64,000 nucleotides of DNA from an uncultured Verrucomicrobiae bacterium (lineage in GTDB: Bacteria; Verrucomicrobiota; Verrucomicrobiia; Chthoniobacterales; Chthoniobacteraceae), in contig CAWHEP010000002.1 in assembly GCA_963828525.1 (NCBI GenBank), positions 416,001-480,000 on the forward strand. Reading direction: 5' to 3'. The position numbers were made by a program, and so were the translations under genes. Below the pieces are notes generated by a model. It was not told where the DNA came from and did not search any database. It worked only from the letters and a program-made list of their open reading frames with translations. Below are positions 1-10,623 of the stretch, piece by piece. Position 1 is the first letter of the stretch, and each line of letters opens with the position of its first letter.

Positions 1-13
1 GAAGCGCATTGCC

Positions 14-1540
14 GTGGCCGGTTTCCTGTGGTCGTTCCGGATTGCTGCCAGCCTGGCATTGATCGCCCTGCCGTGCCGGGCGGCGGAGCCCTTCTGCAAC
101 GTGCGAAGTTTCGGCGCGGTAGGAGACGGGAAGCACCTCGACAGTCCGAACATCGACCAGGCCATCGCCGCGGCCGCGGCGGCGGGGGGAGGGACCGTGC
201 TGGTGCCCGCGGGGAGGTATCTGAGCGGCTCGATTCATCTCAAAAGCAACATTCATCTGGTGCTCGAGCCCGGCGCAGTCATCGTGGGAGCGCCGCAGGA
301 GATGAATGTCTATGACGAGACGGAGCCGTGGGCGGACAATCCTTACCAGGATGGCGGCCACTGTTACTTTCATAACAGCCTCATCTGGGGAGAGAACCTG
401 ACGAATGTATCCATCACCGGCCAGGGGATGATCGATGGGGGCGGCCTGGTTTCCGACGACGGGGTGCTGGACCGGATGTGCGGTTTCTCGGAATGGGAAC
501 GGAAGGACAAGTCCCATAACGCCCTGCCCCCGCTTCGCCTGGGGAATAAGGCGGTCGCGCTGAAGCTCTGCCGGGGGGTGGTGATCCGGGATATCACCAT
601 CGTCCACGGCGGCCATTTCGCGGTGTTAGTCACAGGCTGCGATAACCTGACGGTCGATAACATGACCTTGGATACCAATCGGGATGGCATCGATATCGAC
701 TGCTGCCGGAATACGGTCGTTTCCAATTGCCGGATCAATGCCCCGCACGACGACGCACTCTGCCCGAAGAGCACCTATGCGCTGGGGCGGAACGTTCTCA
801 CCGAAAACCTGACGATTACCAACTGCCAGGTCAGCGGATTCAAGGAAGGAACTTTGCTGGATGGCACGATGAAGCCGGGAGAGGGCAATGGCCGCATCAA
901 GTTTGGCACCGAGGCGAGCGGGGGATTCCGGAATTGCGTGGTTTCCAACTGCACCTTCCGCGGCTGCAAGGGGCTGGCTCTGGAAGAGGTGGATGGCGGC
1001 ACGATGGAGAATATCTCCGTCAATAACCTGACGATGATGGATGTGTATAGCTGCGCGATCTATGTGGTGGGCGGCACCCGCTACCGGGGCGGGAATGTCG
1101 CGCACGCGAGCTTCGGACGAAACATTTCCATCTCCAATGTCGTGGCCGATCACGTCAGCCGGGCGAGCGGCATCCAGATCACGGGCACCCCGGAGCAGCC
1201 GCTGGAAGGGATCCGGCTGGAGAATATCAAACTGATCTGCGAAGGCGGCGGCACGAAGGACGATGCGGCCAAGGAGCCGGCGGAACTGGGCCGGGACTAT
1301 CCCGAGCCGCATGAGGTTTCAGCCTACGGGATTTTTGCGCGGCACGTTCGGGACCTGGAGCTGGCGAACATTCGCGTGAGTTTTCGGAAAGACGAGATGC
1401 GGCCGGCCTCTTTCTTTTCGGATGTGGATGGGCTGGAAATCGATAACTTCCGGCCGCAGGTCATGAAGGACGGGCCTGCGGCGATGGTGATGCAGCAAGT
1501 TCGGAATGCGACGCTGCGGGATACCCCTGCCCGGCATTGA
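14..1540 (+). CDS. Glycoside hydrolase family 28 (polygalacturonase/rhamnogalacturonase-like), secreted
   Basis: Signal peptide; N-terminal FGAVGDG..QAIAAA..GGGTV.VP.G.YL.G beta-helix motif; NRDGIDID, DDALCPK and RIKFG GH28 motifs. Confidence 0.9.
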   Translation: MAGFLWSFRIAASLALIALPCRAAEPFCNVRSFGAVGDGKHLDSPNIDQAIAAAAAAGGGTVLVPAGRYLSGSIHLKSNIHLVLEPGAVIVGAPQEMNVYDETEPWADNPYQDGGHCYFHNSLIWGENLTNVSITGQGMIDGGGLVSDDGVLDRMCGFSEWERKDKSHNALPPLRLGNKAVALKLCRGVVIRDITIVHGGHFAVLVTGCDNLTVDNMTLDTNRDGIDIDCCRNTVVSNCRINAPHDDALCPKSTYALGRNVLTENLTITNCQVSGFKEGTLLDGTMKPGEGNGRIKFGTEASGGFRNCVVSNCTFRGCKGLALEEVDGGTMENISVNNLTMMDVYSCAIYVVGGTRYRGGNVAHASFGRNISISNVVADHVSRASGIQITGTPEQPLEGIRLENIKLICEGGGTKDDAAKEPAELGRDYPEPHEVSAYGIFARHVRDLELANIRVSFRKDEMRPASFFSDVDGLEIDNFRPQVMKDGPAAMVMQQVRNATLRDTPARH

Positions 1541-1543
1541 GAA

Positions 1544-1586
1544 GGCAAGGAGGGATGCGGCGGTACCGCACCCCTCCCCTGTTGCC
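1544..1586. terminator. GC-rich hairpin between convergent genes (terminator-like or REP-like)
   Basis: GGAGGGATGCGG-CGGTA-CCGCACCCCTCC inverted repeat with outer GGCAA/TTGCC arms, in the 53-bp gap between convergent stop codons; no clear U-tract. Confidence 0.5.
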
Positions 1587-1593
1587 CCCAAGA

Positions 1594-3024
1594 TTAAAGC
1601 CCGGTGTGCGGCGCGGCTTCCCCGAAGCGGATGTTGATCATCTCCAGGTCGGACTTGATCTCCTCCAGCACGCGCGGGGAGCGGATGCGCAGGAACATGA
1701 ACCAGACGAAGCCCACGGCCAGATACGCCAGGAAGTAGTAGGGGAAGTACGTCATGGGAGCGGCCGGGGCCGGGTAGACGGTCGAGATAATCGGCGGAAT
1801 CATGAAGGCCACGGAAACCACCGAGAGCGCAATGCTCCCGGCGGTGAGCTTGCCGATATTCTTCAGGTAGATCGGGGCGGCGATCGAGATCAGGATGTAA
1901 ACGACCAGGAATCCGTAAGTGGCCACGGTGCTGAGATCGTTAAAGACATCCAGCACACCCTGGCCGCAGAAGATCATGATGGCCGGCAGCAGGAAGACCG
2001 CAACCGAGGCGGTGGTGGCTGCGTGGTGCGGAGTGGAGTTTTCCGCGTGCGCCTTGCCGATATGGGCATGCACCACGCCATGGCGGCCCATACTGAAGAG
2101 GATCCGCGAGCCCGCGTTGATGCTGGCCAGGGTGCAGGCAAACATGCTGATAACCGCGCCAATGGAGATCAGCACCGCGAAGAAACCGACGCCTGCGGAA
2201 TCGGCCAGATCGTTGAAGGGCGCGGTGCTATCCCCGAGCGACCCTTTCATGCCATGGAAGCCGAGGACCGCGATGTACGAGGTCAGCATGAAAAAGAGGC
2301 CGCTGATGAGCGCGCTCAATAAAACCGCTTTGGGTATCGCTTTGAGCGGATTGCGTGCTTCTTCGCCCAGGGTCGTTGCACTTTCGTAGCCAACGTAGCT
2401 AAATATCGCCAGTATCAATCCGGCCTTCAAACCGCTGAAATTCATCCCCTGCAACTGGAACTGGGCGGTGTCTACGACCACTCCCTTGTGGGCCATAATG
2501 ATGACTCCCAGGACCAGGATGATGACCATCGAGACCGCCTCCAGGATGAGCATCAACTGGGTGGAGAGCTTGATGTCCTTGTACGCGATGTACCAGGCCA
2601 GCGCCGCGCCGACGCCGAAAAGAATCACGGGGTGCACGTGGATGTGCATCATCTCCAGGAGGATGATTGCGTAATTGACCGACCCGGCGAGCACCGCCAT
2701 GCCGGTGAAAAGGTAGGCCACAATCAAGCACCAGCCAGAAAGAAAGCCTGCACTCATCCCCATGCCGCGGGTGATGAAGGAGTAAAGCGAGCCGGGCGAA
2801 GCGGAACGCTTGGCGAACTGATTGATGTTGAGCCCCACCAGCATGAGGCCGATAGTGGCGAAGAGATAGGCAAGCCAGGTCCCATTTCCGGCCGAGGCGA
2901 AGACCAGCGGCACAATGACCACGGGTGTCAGCGTCGGCGAGATATTGGCGACGGATTGCGATAACGTTTCGGAGAAACTCAGGCATTTTGACCGGAGTCC
3001 GTAACTGCTGTTTGATGTCAACAT
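1594..3024 (-). CDS. APC-family amino acid/amine permease (candidate methylamine transporter)
   Basis: 476 aa, about 12 hydrophobic segments, FSYVGYESATTLGEEARNP and SRILFSMGR APC motifs; near mgsABC/gmaS. Confidence 0.88.
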   Translation of the reverse strand: MLTSNSSYGLRSKCLSFSETLSQSVANISPTLTPVVIVPLVFASAGNGTWLAYLFATIGLMLVGLNINQFAKRSASPGSLYSFITRGMGMSAGFLSGWCLIVAYLFTGMAVLAGSVNYAIILLEMMHIHVHPVILFGVGAALAWYIAYKDIKLSTQLMLILEAVSMVIILVLGVIIMAHKGVVVDTAQFQLQGMNFSGLKAGLILAIFSYVGYESATTLGEEARNPLKAIPKAVLLSALISGLFFMLTSYIAVLGFHGMKGSLGDSTAPFNDLADSAGVGFFAVLISIGAVISMFACTLASINAGSRILFSMGRHGVVHAHIGKAHAENSTPHHAATTASVAVFLLPAIMIFCGQGVLDVFNDLSTVATYGFLVVYILISIAAPIYLKNIGKLTAGSIALSVVSVAFMIPPIISTVYPAPAAPMTYFPYYFLAYLAVGFVWFMFLRIRSPRVLEEIKSDLEMINIRFGEAAPHTGL

Positions 3025-3090
3025 AATGGGCTTTTCTTTCCTCGGTTTTGGGACGGGTGTTTATTTACATCCAACTGTTGTTGCGCCATA

Positions 3091-3107
3091 AGCAACATTG
3101 GTGCCAA
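3091..3107 (-). promoter_or_regulatory. Sigma-54 (-24/-12) promoter of the APC permease
   Basis: Minus strand reads TTGGCAC-CAATG-TTGCT, matching TGGCAC-N5-TTGCW, about 67 bp upstream of the permease ATG. Confidence 0.8.
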
Positions 3108-3166
3108 TTTTACCTGGAGACGTTGACTCCGATGCGGGTTTCGCGCATTTCTCGTGGCAGCAAGCC

Positions 3167-3754
3167 ATGATTGAGGCCCCCCGAAGCGTCGAAGTTCAGA
3201 TCGGACAGCGCATCCGAGCACGGCGCGGGGAGCGCAACATCACGCTCGACCAACTCGCAGCCGACGTGAAGCTGACCAAGGGACAGCTCTCGAAGATCGA
3301 GAACGGAAAGGTTTCGTCACCGGTCTCCACCTTGACTCGCATCGCGGTCGCCCTGGCGGTGGAGCCGGGGTATTTCTTCCAGTCCTCGCAGCCGGCGCCG
3401 CGGGCCTCGCTGGTCCTGCGCGAGAAGCGGAGGGTGATCGTGGGACGTGCCTCCAAGATCGGGCACACCTACGAGGCGCTCACGCATGGGCTGTCCTTCA
3501 AGAAGGATTTCGAGCCTTACCTGATGCGGATCGACGAGAAAGACGTGGACCCCGAGCACAACGTCTTCAAGCACCCCGGGCACGAGTTGCTCTACATGCT
3601 AAAGGGGGAGATGGACTACCGGCACGCCGAGGAGGTGTACCACCTGGAGCCGGGGGATAGCCTGTTCTTCGAGGGGCATCTGGAGCACGGCCCGGTCCGC
3701 GTTTACTACCCGCCAGTGGAATTTTTGAGCATTATTAGCAACCCGGCGGGGTAG
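3167..3754 (+). CDS. XRE-family HTH transcriptional regulator with C-terminal cupin domain
   Basis: IGQRIR..R....TLDQLA....LTKGQLSKIENG HTH; HPGHELLYMLKGEM..LEPGDSLFFEG..EHG cupin; ATG at 3167 preferred over TTG at 3098. Confidence 0.92.
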   Translation: MIEAPRSVEVQIGQRIRARRGERNITLDQLAADVKLTKGQLSKIENGKVSSPVSTLTRIAVALAVEPGYFFQSSQPAPRASLVLREKRRVIVGRASKIGHTYEALTHGLSFKKDFEPYLMRIDEKDVDPEHNVFKHPGHELLYMLKGEMDYRHAEEVYHLEPGDSLFFEGHLEHGPVRVYYPPVEFLSIISNPAG

Positions 3755-3760
3755 CTGGGA

Positions 3761-6136
3761 TCACTCGATTCCCCAACTCTTGTTCGGATTTGGTCCGAGG
3801 ACGAGGTCCAGGGTTCCACCGGCAGTGATTTCGGAATAGTTGAGCCAGCACCGGTTCATCGGCTGTCCGTTGAGGCGGGCCCATTGGATGTAGACGTTCT
3901 CCGGCGAGTTGTTCTTCGCCGTGATCGTAAAGGTGCCGCCTTTGGTAAATTTCGGGTCGAGCTGGATGGTCACCTTGTCAAACAGGGGCGTGAAGATTTC
4001 GAACCGCGGGTCACCCGGGCAGGCCTGGTGCAGGCCAATGGCGGCAAAGACATACCAGGCCGACATCTGGCCGCAGTCATCGTCCCCCGGCATGCCTTCG
4101 GGGCCGGTCAGGTAGACGCCCATCGATTTCCGAACCCACTTCTGCGTGAGCCAAGGCGCGCCCGCCCGGTTGAAGAGGAAGGGGATGAGTTCCGTGGGCT
4201 CGTTTACCGGATTGTTGTAGAAATTCCACCACGGTTCCATTCCTCGCTGATGCACCGGGTTCTTCGTTCCGAGGTAGGGATTCCACTTCGTGAAGTCGGG
4301 CGTCCGTTCAAAGAAGTCGGTGAGCTTGGCAATGAAGAGATCCTTGCCGCCGTTCAACTGGATGAGGCTGGGGATGTCATTCGGCACGCACCACCCCGCC
4401 TGGTAAACGGTCGATTCGCGCGTCGTCTTTTCTTCGAGGAGGCCGGTCCACGGCACGAAATCGCCTTTGCCATCCTTCGCCCGGAACCATCCTTTCCATT
4501 CCGGCCGGGCGTCGGTTCCGGCCGGGTCGTAGGTCCAAGCCTGGGTTGGGTCGAACAGCGTTTTGTAGTTCTGCGAAAGCTGAAGGTACTTCGCGGCGTC
4601 CTCTTTTTTGCCCAGGGCGGCGGCCAGTTGGGCCATATTCCAGTCATTGAGGCTGTACTCGAAGGTCTCCGATAAGTTGCCGGGGCAATAGGGCGTTTTC
4701 CAGACGCCGAAGGTCCTCATGGTGACGGTGGCATCGTCGAAAGCCCTGGCCGTGTCAAATTTGCGGATCCCTTTCTGGTAGGCGTCGTTAATCACGACCA
4801 CTTCCGGATTTCCAATCATGCAGCCGCTGTAGGCGCCCATGATTTCCCAGCGGTCGTAATAATGGCGCCCGCTGGTTTCGGCCATGGAGACCATGCTGTT
4901 GATCTGATCGTTCACCACCGTGGGATCGACCAGGCACAGCAGCGGAAATTCGCTGCGATAGACATCCCAACCGCTGAACACGGTCCGGTAAGTAAAGCCA
5001 TCGGCATGGTGAGGCTTGAAGTCGTCGCCGGTGTAGGAGCCATCCAGGTCCTGAAAAATCTGGGGAAACTGGAGGGCGCGATAGAGGGCGCTGTAATAGA
5101 TCGTCTTGTCATCCTCCGTGCCGCCCTCCACTGCGAGACGCCCAATTTCCTGCGTCCATTTGTCGCGGGCCTGCTGGTGGACCTGATCGAAATTCCACCC
5201 CGGAATTTCCGACGCCAGATTGGCCCGCGCCCCCGCCACGCTCACAAAGGAAAGGCCGGTCTTCACCAGCACCGTCTCGCCTGCCTTGGTGGGGAACTCA
5301 CTGTAAAACCCGAGATGCTGGCCTTCCTTTTCCTGGCAGCCCGGAATGACCTGCGCGTTCTTGCAAGCCGCCACGAATTCGGGCGTGCTGGTTCTGTGAA
5401 TCCATGGGCCAGGGGGAAGAGTGGCACTCCAGACGCCGCTGGTGGTGAAAGGCTTGCTGAATTCGACGTGGTAGTAGGCGGTGTACCGGGTGCAATTGCC
5501 CGGACCCCAGCCGCCGCCCTCGGGCGGACATTCGATGGCCCCCTCAATGGTGTGATCGTCGATCACCTTCACCGTCTGGTGGGTGGAGGTCCCTCCGTTC
5601 CGGTGAGCGAGATCCACCTGGATGCGCGACTGCCCGTTTTCCGGAAAGGTGAAGCGGAGCATTCCGCTATGAGGCGCCGCCGTGGCTTCCGCCTGAATGT
5701 GGTAGGTGTCCAGCATCACCGAATAATAACCAGCCGAGGCCTTCTCTGTTGACTTCGCGATCGAGGAAGCGTAGCCGGCGCCCGGCCGCCCGGCATAGGC
5801 TTGCAGGGTCCCGGTCGTGGCCGCGACGAGGACATTGCCCATCTCTCCACCATCCGCGCCGCCCAGATGATCAAAGCTGAAACCCTGGATCGCCCTGCTC
5901 GCGTAATTGTAACTGATCGTGCCCCCCGTATCGGGGCTGACCTTGACCATGCTGAGGGGAGTGGTGGCGCCGGGGAAATCCTTGCCCTGGTGCCCCGTGC
6001 CGATAAACGGGTCGATGTAATCGATGGGAGCCTTGGCCTGCAGCAGGGTGGCCGTGCAAAGAAGGGTGGTGGCGGCAACGAGGAAGGTGGCTTTCGGCGC
6101 TCGGAAAGCCCCGGAACAGGGGAGAGAAAAATTCAT
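3761..6136 (-). CDS. GH92 alpha-1,2-mannosidase family protein, secreted
   Basis: Signal peptide; YIDPFIGT..FPGAT.P..MV..SPDT, FSGWDVYRS, MIGNP, NEP, PGDDDCGQMSAWYVF and ITAGGTL.L..GP.PN motifs. Confidence 0.93.
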   Translation of the reverse strand: MNFSLPCSGAFRAPKATFLVAATTLLCTATLLQAKAPIDYIDPFIGTGHQGKDFPGATTPLSMVKVSPDTGGTISYNYASRAIQGFSFDHLGGADGGEMGNVLVAATTGTLQAYAGRPGAGYASSIAKSTEKASAGYYSVMLDTYHIQAEATAAPHSGMLRFTFPENGQSRIQVDLAHRNGGTSTHQTVKVIDDHTIEGAIECPPEGGGWGPGNCTRYTAYYHVEFSKPFTTSGVWSATLPPGPWIHRTSTPEFVAACKNAQVIPGCQEKEGQHLGFYSEFPTKAGETVLVKTGLSFVSVAGARANLASEIPGWNFDQVHQQARDKWTQEIGRLAVEGGTEDDKTIYYSALYRALQFPQIFQDLDGSYTGDDFKPHHADGFTYRTVFSGWDVYRSEFPLLCLVDPTVVNDQINSMVSMAETSGRHYYDRWEIMGAYSGCMIGNPEVVVINDAYQKGIRKFDTARAFDDATVTMRTFGVWKTPYCPGNLSETFEYSLNDWNMAQLAAALGKKEDAAKYLQLSQNYKTLFDPTQAWTYDPAGTDARPEWKGWFRAKDGKGDFVPWTGLLEEKTTRESTVYQAGWCVPNDIPSLIQLNGGKDLFIAKLTDFFERTPDFTKWNPYLGTKNPVHQRGMEPWWNFYNNPVNEPTELIPFLFNRAGAPWLTQKWVRKSMGVYLTGPEGMPGDDDCGQMSAWYVFAAIGLHQACPGDPRFEIFTPLFDKVTIQLDPKFTKGGTFTITAKNNSPENVYIQWARLNGQPMNRCWLNYSEITAGGTLDLVLGPNPNKSWGIE

Positions 6137-6220
6137 GGCGAAGGGATTGCCTTCAGCCTATGAAGCCGCGCTGGGATTGCAAGACAGCCAGAGGAGGCAT
6201 CCGCTACCGCAAGGCAATCG

Positions 6221-7547
6221 CTAGAAGCCGTTTGCGCCGGGGATCCAATTCGTTCCAGCCAGGGGGATTTTTGCCATGGCGGCGGCTTCGATGGTCAAGG
6301 CGGCGAGGTCTTCAGGCTCCAGGTGGTGGACGTGGGATTTGCCACAGGCCCGCGCGAGGGTCTGGGTCTCCAGGGTGAGCACGCGGAGATAATTGGCCAG
6401 CAGCCGCCCCCCTTCCACCGGGTCGAGCCGAGCGGAGAGAGTTTCATCTTGGGTGGAGATACCGGCGGGGTCCTGGCCGTCCTGGTAATCGTCGAAAAAA
6501 CCTGCGGAGGTCCCGAGGCGCTCATAGTCCTTCTGCCACTTCGGGTGGTTGCAGCCGAGCGCAATCAGGGCAGCGGTGCCGATGGAAACCGCGTCCGCGC
6601 CCATGGCGAGCGCCTTGGCGACATCCGCGCCGGAGCGAATGCCTCCGGAGATGATGAGCTGCACCTTCCGGTGCATGCCGAGCTCCTGCAGCGCTTCCAC
6701 GGCCTGGCGCAGGGCGGGCAGGGTGGGAATGCCGACATGCTCGATGAAGACCTCCTGGGTCGCGCCCGTGCCGCCCTGCATCCCATCGACCACGATGACA
6801 TCCGCGCCGGATTTCACGGCCAAGGCGGTATCGTAATAAGTGCGGGAGGCGCCGACTTTCACATAGATCGGCTTTTTCCAGTCGGTGATCTCGCGCAACT
6901 CCTTGATCTTGATGGCGAGATCGTCCGGGCCGGTCCAATCCGGATGCCGGCAGGCGCTGCGCTGGTCGATTCCCTTTGGCAGGGTGCGCATCTCTGCGAC
7001 GCGGTCGCTGATCTTGCGGCCGAGGAGCATGCCGCCGCCGCCCGGCTTCGCACCTTGGCCGAGCACGATCTCGATGGCGTCGGCCTTGCGCAGATCGTCG
7101 GGATTGAAGCCCGTAGCGGGAGGGCAGTACCTGGTAGACAAGCATCTTGGAGCTTTCGCGCTCCTCCGGGGTCATGCCGCCATCGCCGGTGGTGGTGGAG
7201 GTGCCCATGGCGGTGGCGCCGCGGCCCAGTGCTTCCTTGGCCTGGGCGGAGAGCGCCCCGAAGCTCATGCCGGCGATGGTGATCGGAATCTTCAGGTGGA
7301 GCGGCTCGCTGGCGAAGCGGTTGCCCAGCACCACATCGGTGGCGCATTTTTCGCGGTAGCCCTCCAGCGGGTAGCGGGACATGCTCGCGCCGAGGAAGAC
7401 GAGATCGTCGAAATGGGGCAGGCTCCGTTTCGCGCCCCAGCCGCGGATGTCATAAATGCCGGTCTCGGCCGCGCGCTGGATTTCGTGGATGACGTTGCGG
7501 TCAAAAGTGGCGGATTCCCGCAGGCCCGGTCTTTGCATGGCGTCCAT
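6221..7547 (-). CDS. mgsC: N-methylglutamate synthase subunit C (FMN-binding glutamate synthase family, GlxD); frameshift near 7100-7140
   Basis: Two overlapping ORFs (6522..7712 and 6221..7141) join into MDAMQRPGLRESATFDR..AGMSFGALS..TTTGDGG..GQGAKPGGGG..RHPDW..DGMQGGT..SGGIR. Confidence 0.88.
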
Positions 7548-7551
7548 GGCT

Positions 7552-8248
7552 CTAGTATTTGCCGGCGTGATCGATGTGGAAATTGTAAAGCTGCCGCGCG
7601 GAGCCATAGCGCCGGAAATCCTCGGGGCGTGCGTTGCTCTCCGCCCGCTCCAGGAGGGCGGCCAGTTCCTCCCGTTCGCTGGCCGGCATCTCCTGCTCCA
7701 CGCAATCCGCACCCAGGTCTTTCACCGCTCCCCGCACGAAGAGATCGCGCTTCGTAAATGGAATCGCCTAGCGCCTCGCCAGCATCGCCGCAAACCACCA
7801 GGTTCCCCGCCTGGGCCATGAAGGCGCTCATGTGGCCCACGGAGCCCTTTACCACGATGGAAATCCCCTTCATGGAAATGCCGCAGCGCGCCGAGGCGTC
7901 GCCGTCGATCACGAGCAGACCGCCGTGCCCGCTGGCGCCGGCGGACTGGCTGGCATTGCCCTGCACGTGGACGAATCCGGACATCATATTTTCCGCCACG
8001 CCCACCCCCGCATTCCCATAGATGATCACGGAGGCGAGCTGGTTCATGCCCGCGCAGTAGTAGCCGACATGGCCATCGATCGAGACGGTGACGGGAACCT
8101 GCAGGCCGCAGGCGATGGCGTGGGCTCCCTGCGGGGAGGTGACTCTCCAATCCCGCAGATCGCTGTCCGGTTTCAGCTCGTGCAGGCTTTGGTTCAGCGC
8201 TCGCAACTCGGACGTGGCGAGATCGAAGGTGCGGATTTCACGATGCAT
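7552..8248 (-). CDS. mgsB: N-methylglutamate synthase subunit B (GXGXG/GltB C-terminal domain, GlxC); frameshift near 7740
   Basis: GHVGYYCAGMN, GVAENMMSG, RCGISMKG, GDAGEALGDSIYE; the C-terminus FRRYGSARQLYNF lies in a second frame. Confidence 0.88.
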
Positions 8249-9149
8249 GGGCGAGGCTCCAGCTGTAGACGGTTCGCCGGTTCCGGCTCCCATAGCCTGG
8301 CTTGCTCAATTCCCGGCAGCGACACCAGCGAGCGGTATTCGGATGACATGGCGACGTAGTCGTCCGTTTCCGCCATGACGGCGGGCTTGCAGGCCACGCG
8401 GTCGCGCAGCACGGCGAAACCGTCGCGGGTGCCGACGGCGAAGGTGAAGAAACCGTCCAGGTCGTCCAGCGCCCGCTCCAGCGCGCCCTTGAGGGTGTCG
8501 CCGCGATTAAGCCGGGAGGTGAGATAGCCAGCGGCGACTTCGGAGTCGTTATCCGTCTCGAAGTCGATCCCCTCGCGGCGGAGGTTCGCGGCGCAGGTTA
8601 TTATGGTTCGAAAGAGAGCCGTTATGAACCAGGCAGAGATCCGGACCGGTGGAAAAAGGATGCGAGCCGGTGGTCGTGACCGCGCTTTCCGTGGCCATGC
8701 GGGTGTGGCCGATGGCATGGGACCCGGCCATTTCCCGGACATGGAAGCGCTCGATCACGTCGCTGGGCAAGCCCGACCTCTTTCATGATCTGGATGCGCT
8801 GGCCAGCGCTCATGACCTTGATTTGCGGATACTCCTGCCGGAGCAACGCGCGGGCGGCGGCTTCCGGGCCGGAGATGATGAAGACGGCATGGGTGGAATA
8901 GCGCGCCCAGTCGGGGCGGCTGCCGGTCGCCTCCTCGAGCCGCGCCGCCACTTGTTCCCAGTGAAAATCGGTGCCGGGATGGTACAGCGTAAATTTGGTG
9001 CTTCCCGGGGGCGCATCACTTCCGTACACGGCAAAGCCGGCGCTATCCGGGCCCCGGCTGCTCATGCAATCGAGCATTTCACTGAAATACTCCCCGAGCC
9101 GCGGCTCGAAGGAGCGATTTTTGAAGAAGAGGCCAACGATTCCGCACAT
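8238..9149 (-). CDS. mgsA: N-methylglutamate synthase subunit A (class II glutamine amidotransferase, GlxB); several frameshifts
   Basis: MCGIVG N-terminal nucleophile, RGPDSAG, GHTRMATES, HPF, HNGSLSNHN, FETDNDSEV, DGFFTF and CKPAVMAET, spread over three frames. Confidence 0.88.
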
Positions 9150-9252
9150 ATATTCTCAGTGCAGCATGGGCTGCAGGAAAAGGAGATTGACCGAAGTTTC
9201 CTGAAATGCAACATCAATTGCATCGCGATAAAATCAGCGAACCAGAAATTCT

Positions 9253-10612
9253 ATGGCCAACAGAGACGAAATAAAGCAAACGCTCGCGCGGGACGATATC
9301 CAATTCATCCTGGCCCAATTCGTGGACATTCACGGCTCGGCCAAGGTCAAGATGTCGCCGGTGGGAGCGCTCGACTCACTCATCGACGAAGGGGCTGGGT
9401 TTGCTGGCGGAGCCGTGTGGGGCATGGGCCAGGGGGCGCATTCGCACGACATGATGGGGCGGGTGGATCTCGACTCCTACACGCCGCTGCCCTGGCAGCC
9501 GCACGTGGCGCGCTTCGCCAGCGACCTCTATGTGGATGGCAAGCCGCATCCCTATTGCCCGCGCGTGAATCTAAAACGGGTGCTTGAGCGTGGCGCGGGA
9601 AAAGGGATTCGTGCTGAACCTGGGCATCGAGCCCGAGCACTTCCTGGTGGTGAAAAACCCGGATGGCTCGATCTCCCCTTGGGACCCGGCGAAGATCGAT
9701 ACGCTGGCCAAGCCTTGCTATGACTTCAAGGGGATCGCACCCGCGCTCGGCTACCTGCAGGATATCACGACCTACTGCAACCAGCTCGGCTGGGGCGTGT
9801 ACCAGGCCGACCACGAGGATGGAAACGGGCAGTACGAGGTCAATTTCATGTACAGCGACGCGCTGACCACGGCGGACCGCTACACTTTTTTCAAAATGAT
9901 GACGAGCCAGGTGGCGGCGAAGTACGGCGCCATCGCCACGCACATGCCGAAGCCGTTCGGCACGCGCACGGGAAGCGGCGCGCACATCCACTACCACCTC
10001 GCGGACGCGGCCACGGGGGAGAATCGATTTACCGACGAGGGAGACCGGCGTGGCCTGGGAATATCGCGGCTCGGCTACCATTTCCTCGGGGGCATTCTGA
10101 AGCACGCGGCGGCGCTCTGCGCGATCAGCTCTCCCACGGCGAACTGCTACAAGCGGTTGCTTATCGGGCCCGGGCTGTACACCTCTCGCTCCGGGTTCAC
10201 CTGGACGCCGGCCTTCATCAGCCACGGAGATAACAACCGCACCCAGATGTTGCGCATCTGCGGGCCAGGCCACGTGGAAGACCGCTCGGTCTCGGCAGGG
10301 TGCAACCCGTACTTGGTTTTCGCCGCCTACCTCATGGCGGGGCTGGACGGGATCGAGAACAAGATCGAGCCGGGAGAGCCGAACCTGATGAACTTGTACG
10401 GGCTGACCAAGGATGAGATCTACAAGCGCGGCCTGGTGACGCTGCCGCAATCGCTGAAAGAGGCGCTGGTGGCGCTCGAGTCCGATAACCTGGTACTGAA
10501 CGCGCTGGGGCCAATCCAGAATGAGTTCCTCAAGCTGAAGTGGCAGGAGTGGAACGAGTACCACCGGCAGATTTCGCAGTGGGAGATCGACCAATACCTG
10601 ACTTTCTTCTAG
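9253..10612 (+). CDS. gmaS: GlnT-type glutamine synthetase-like enzyme, likely gamma-glutamylmethylamide synthetase; frameshift near 9585
   Basis: GAGFAG, LGIEPEHFL, DHEDGNGQYEVNF, HMPKPF, NCYKRL, NNRTQMLR, HVEDR, NPYL motifs; adjacent to mgsABC. Confidence 0.82.
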
Positions 10613-10623
10613 GAACCGGCTGA

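Noticed and set aside
6145..6219. 9-bp inverted repeat GATTGCCTT/AAGGCAATC between mgsC and GH92
   Set aside because: Too short, no target duplication and no second copy seen; cannot be called a MITE or riboswitch
9580..9600. Possible programmed frameshift in gmaS (also considered for mgsC and eutB)
   Set aside because: No clear slippery site with a stimulatory structure, and it lies in an error-dense block
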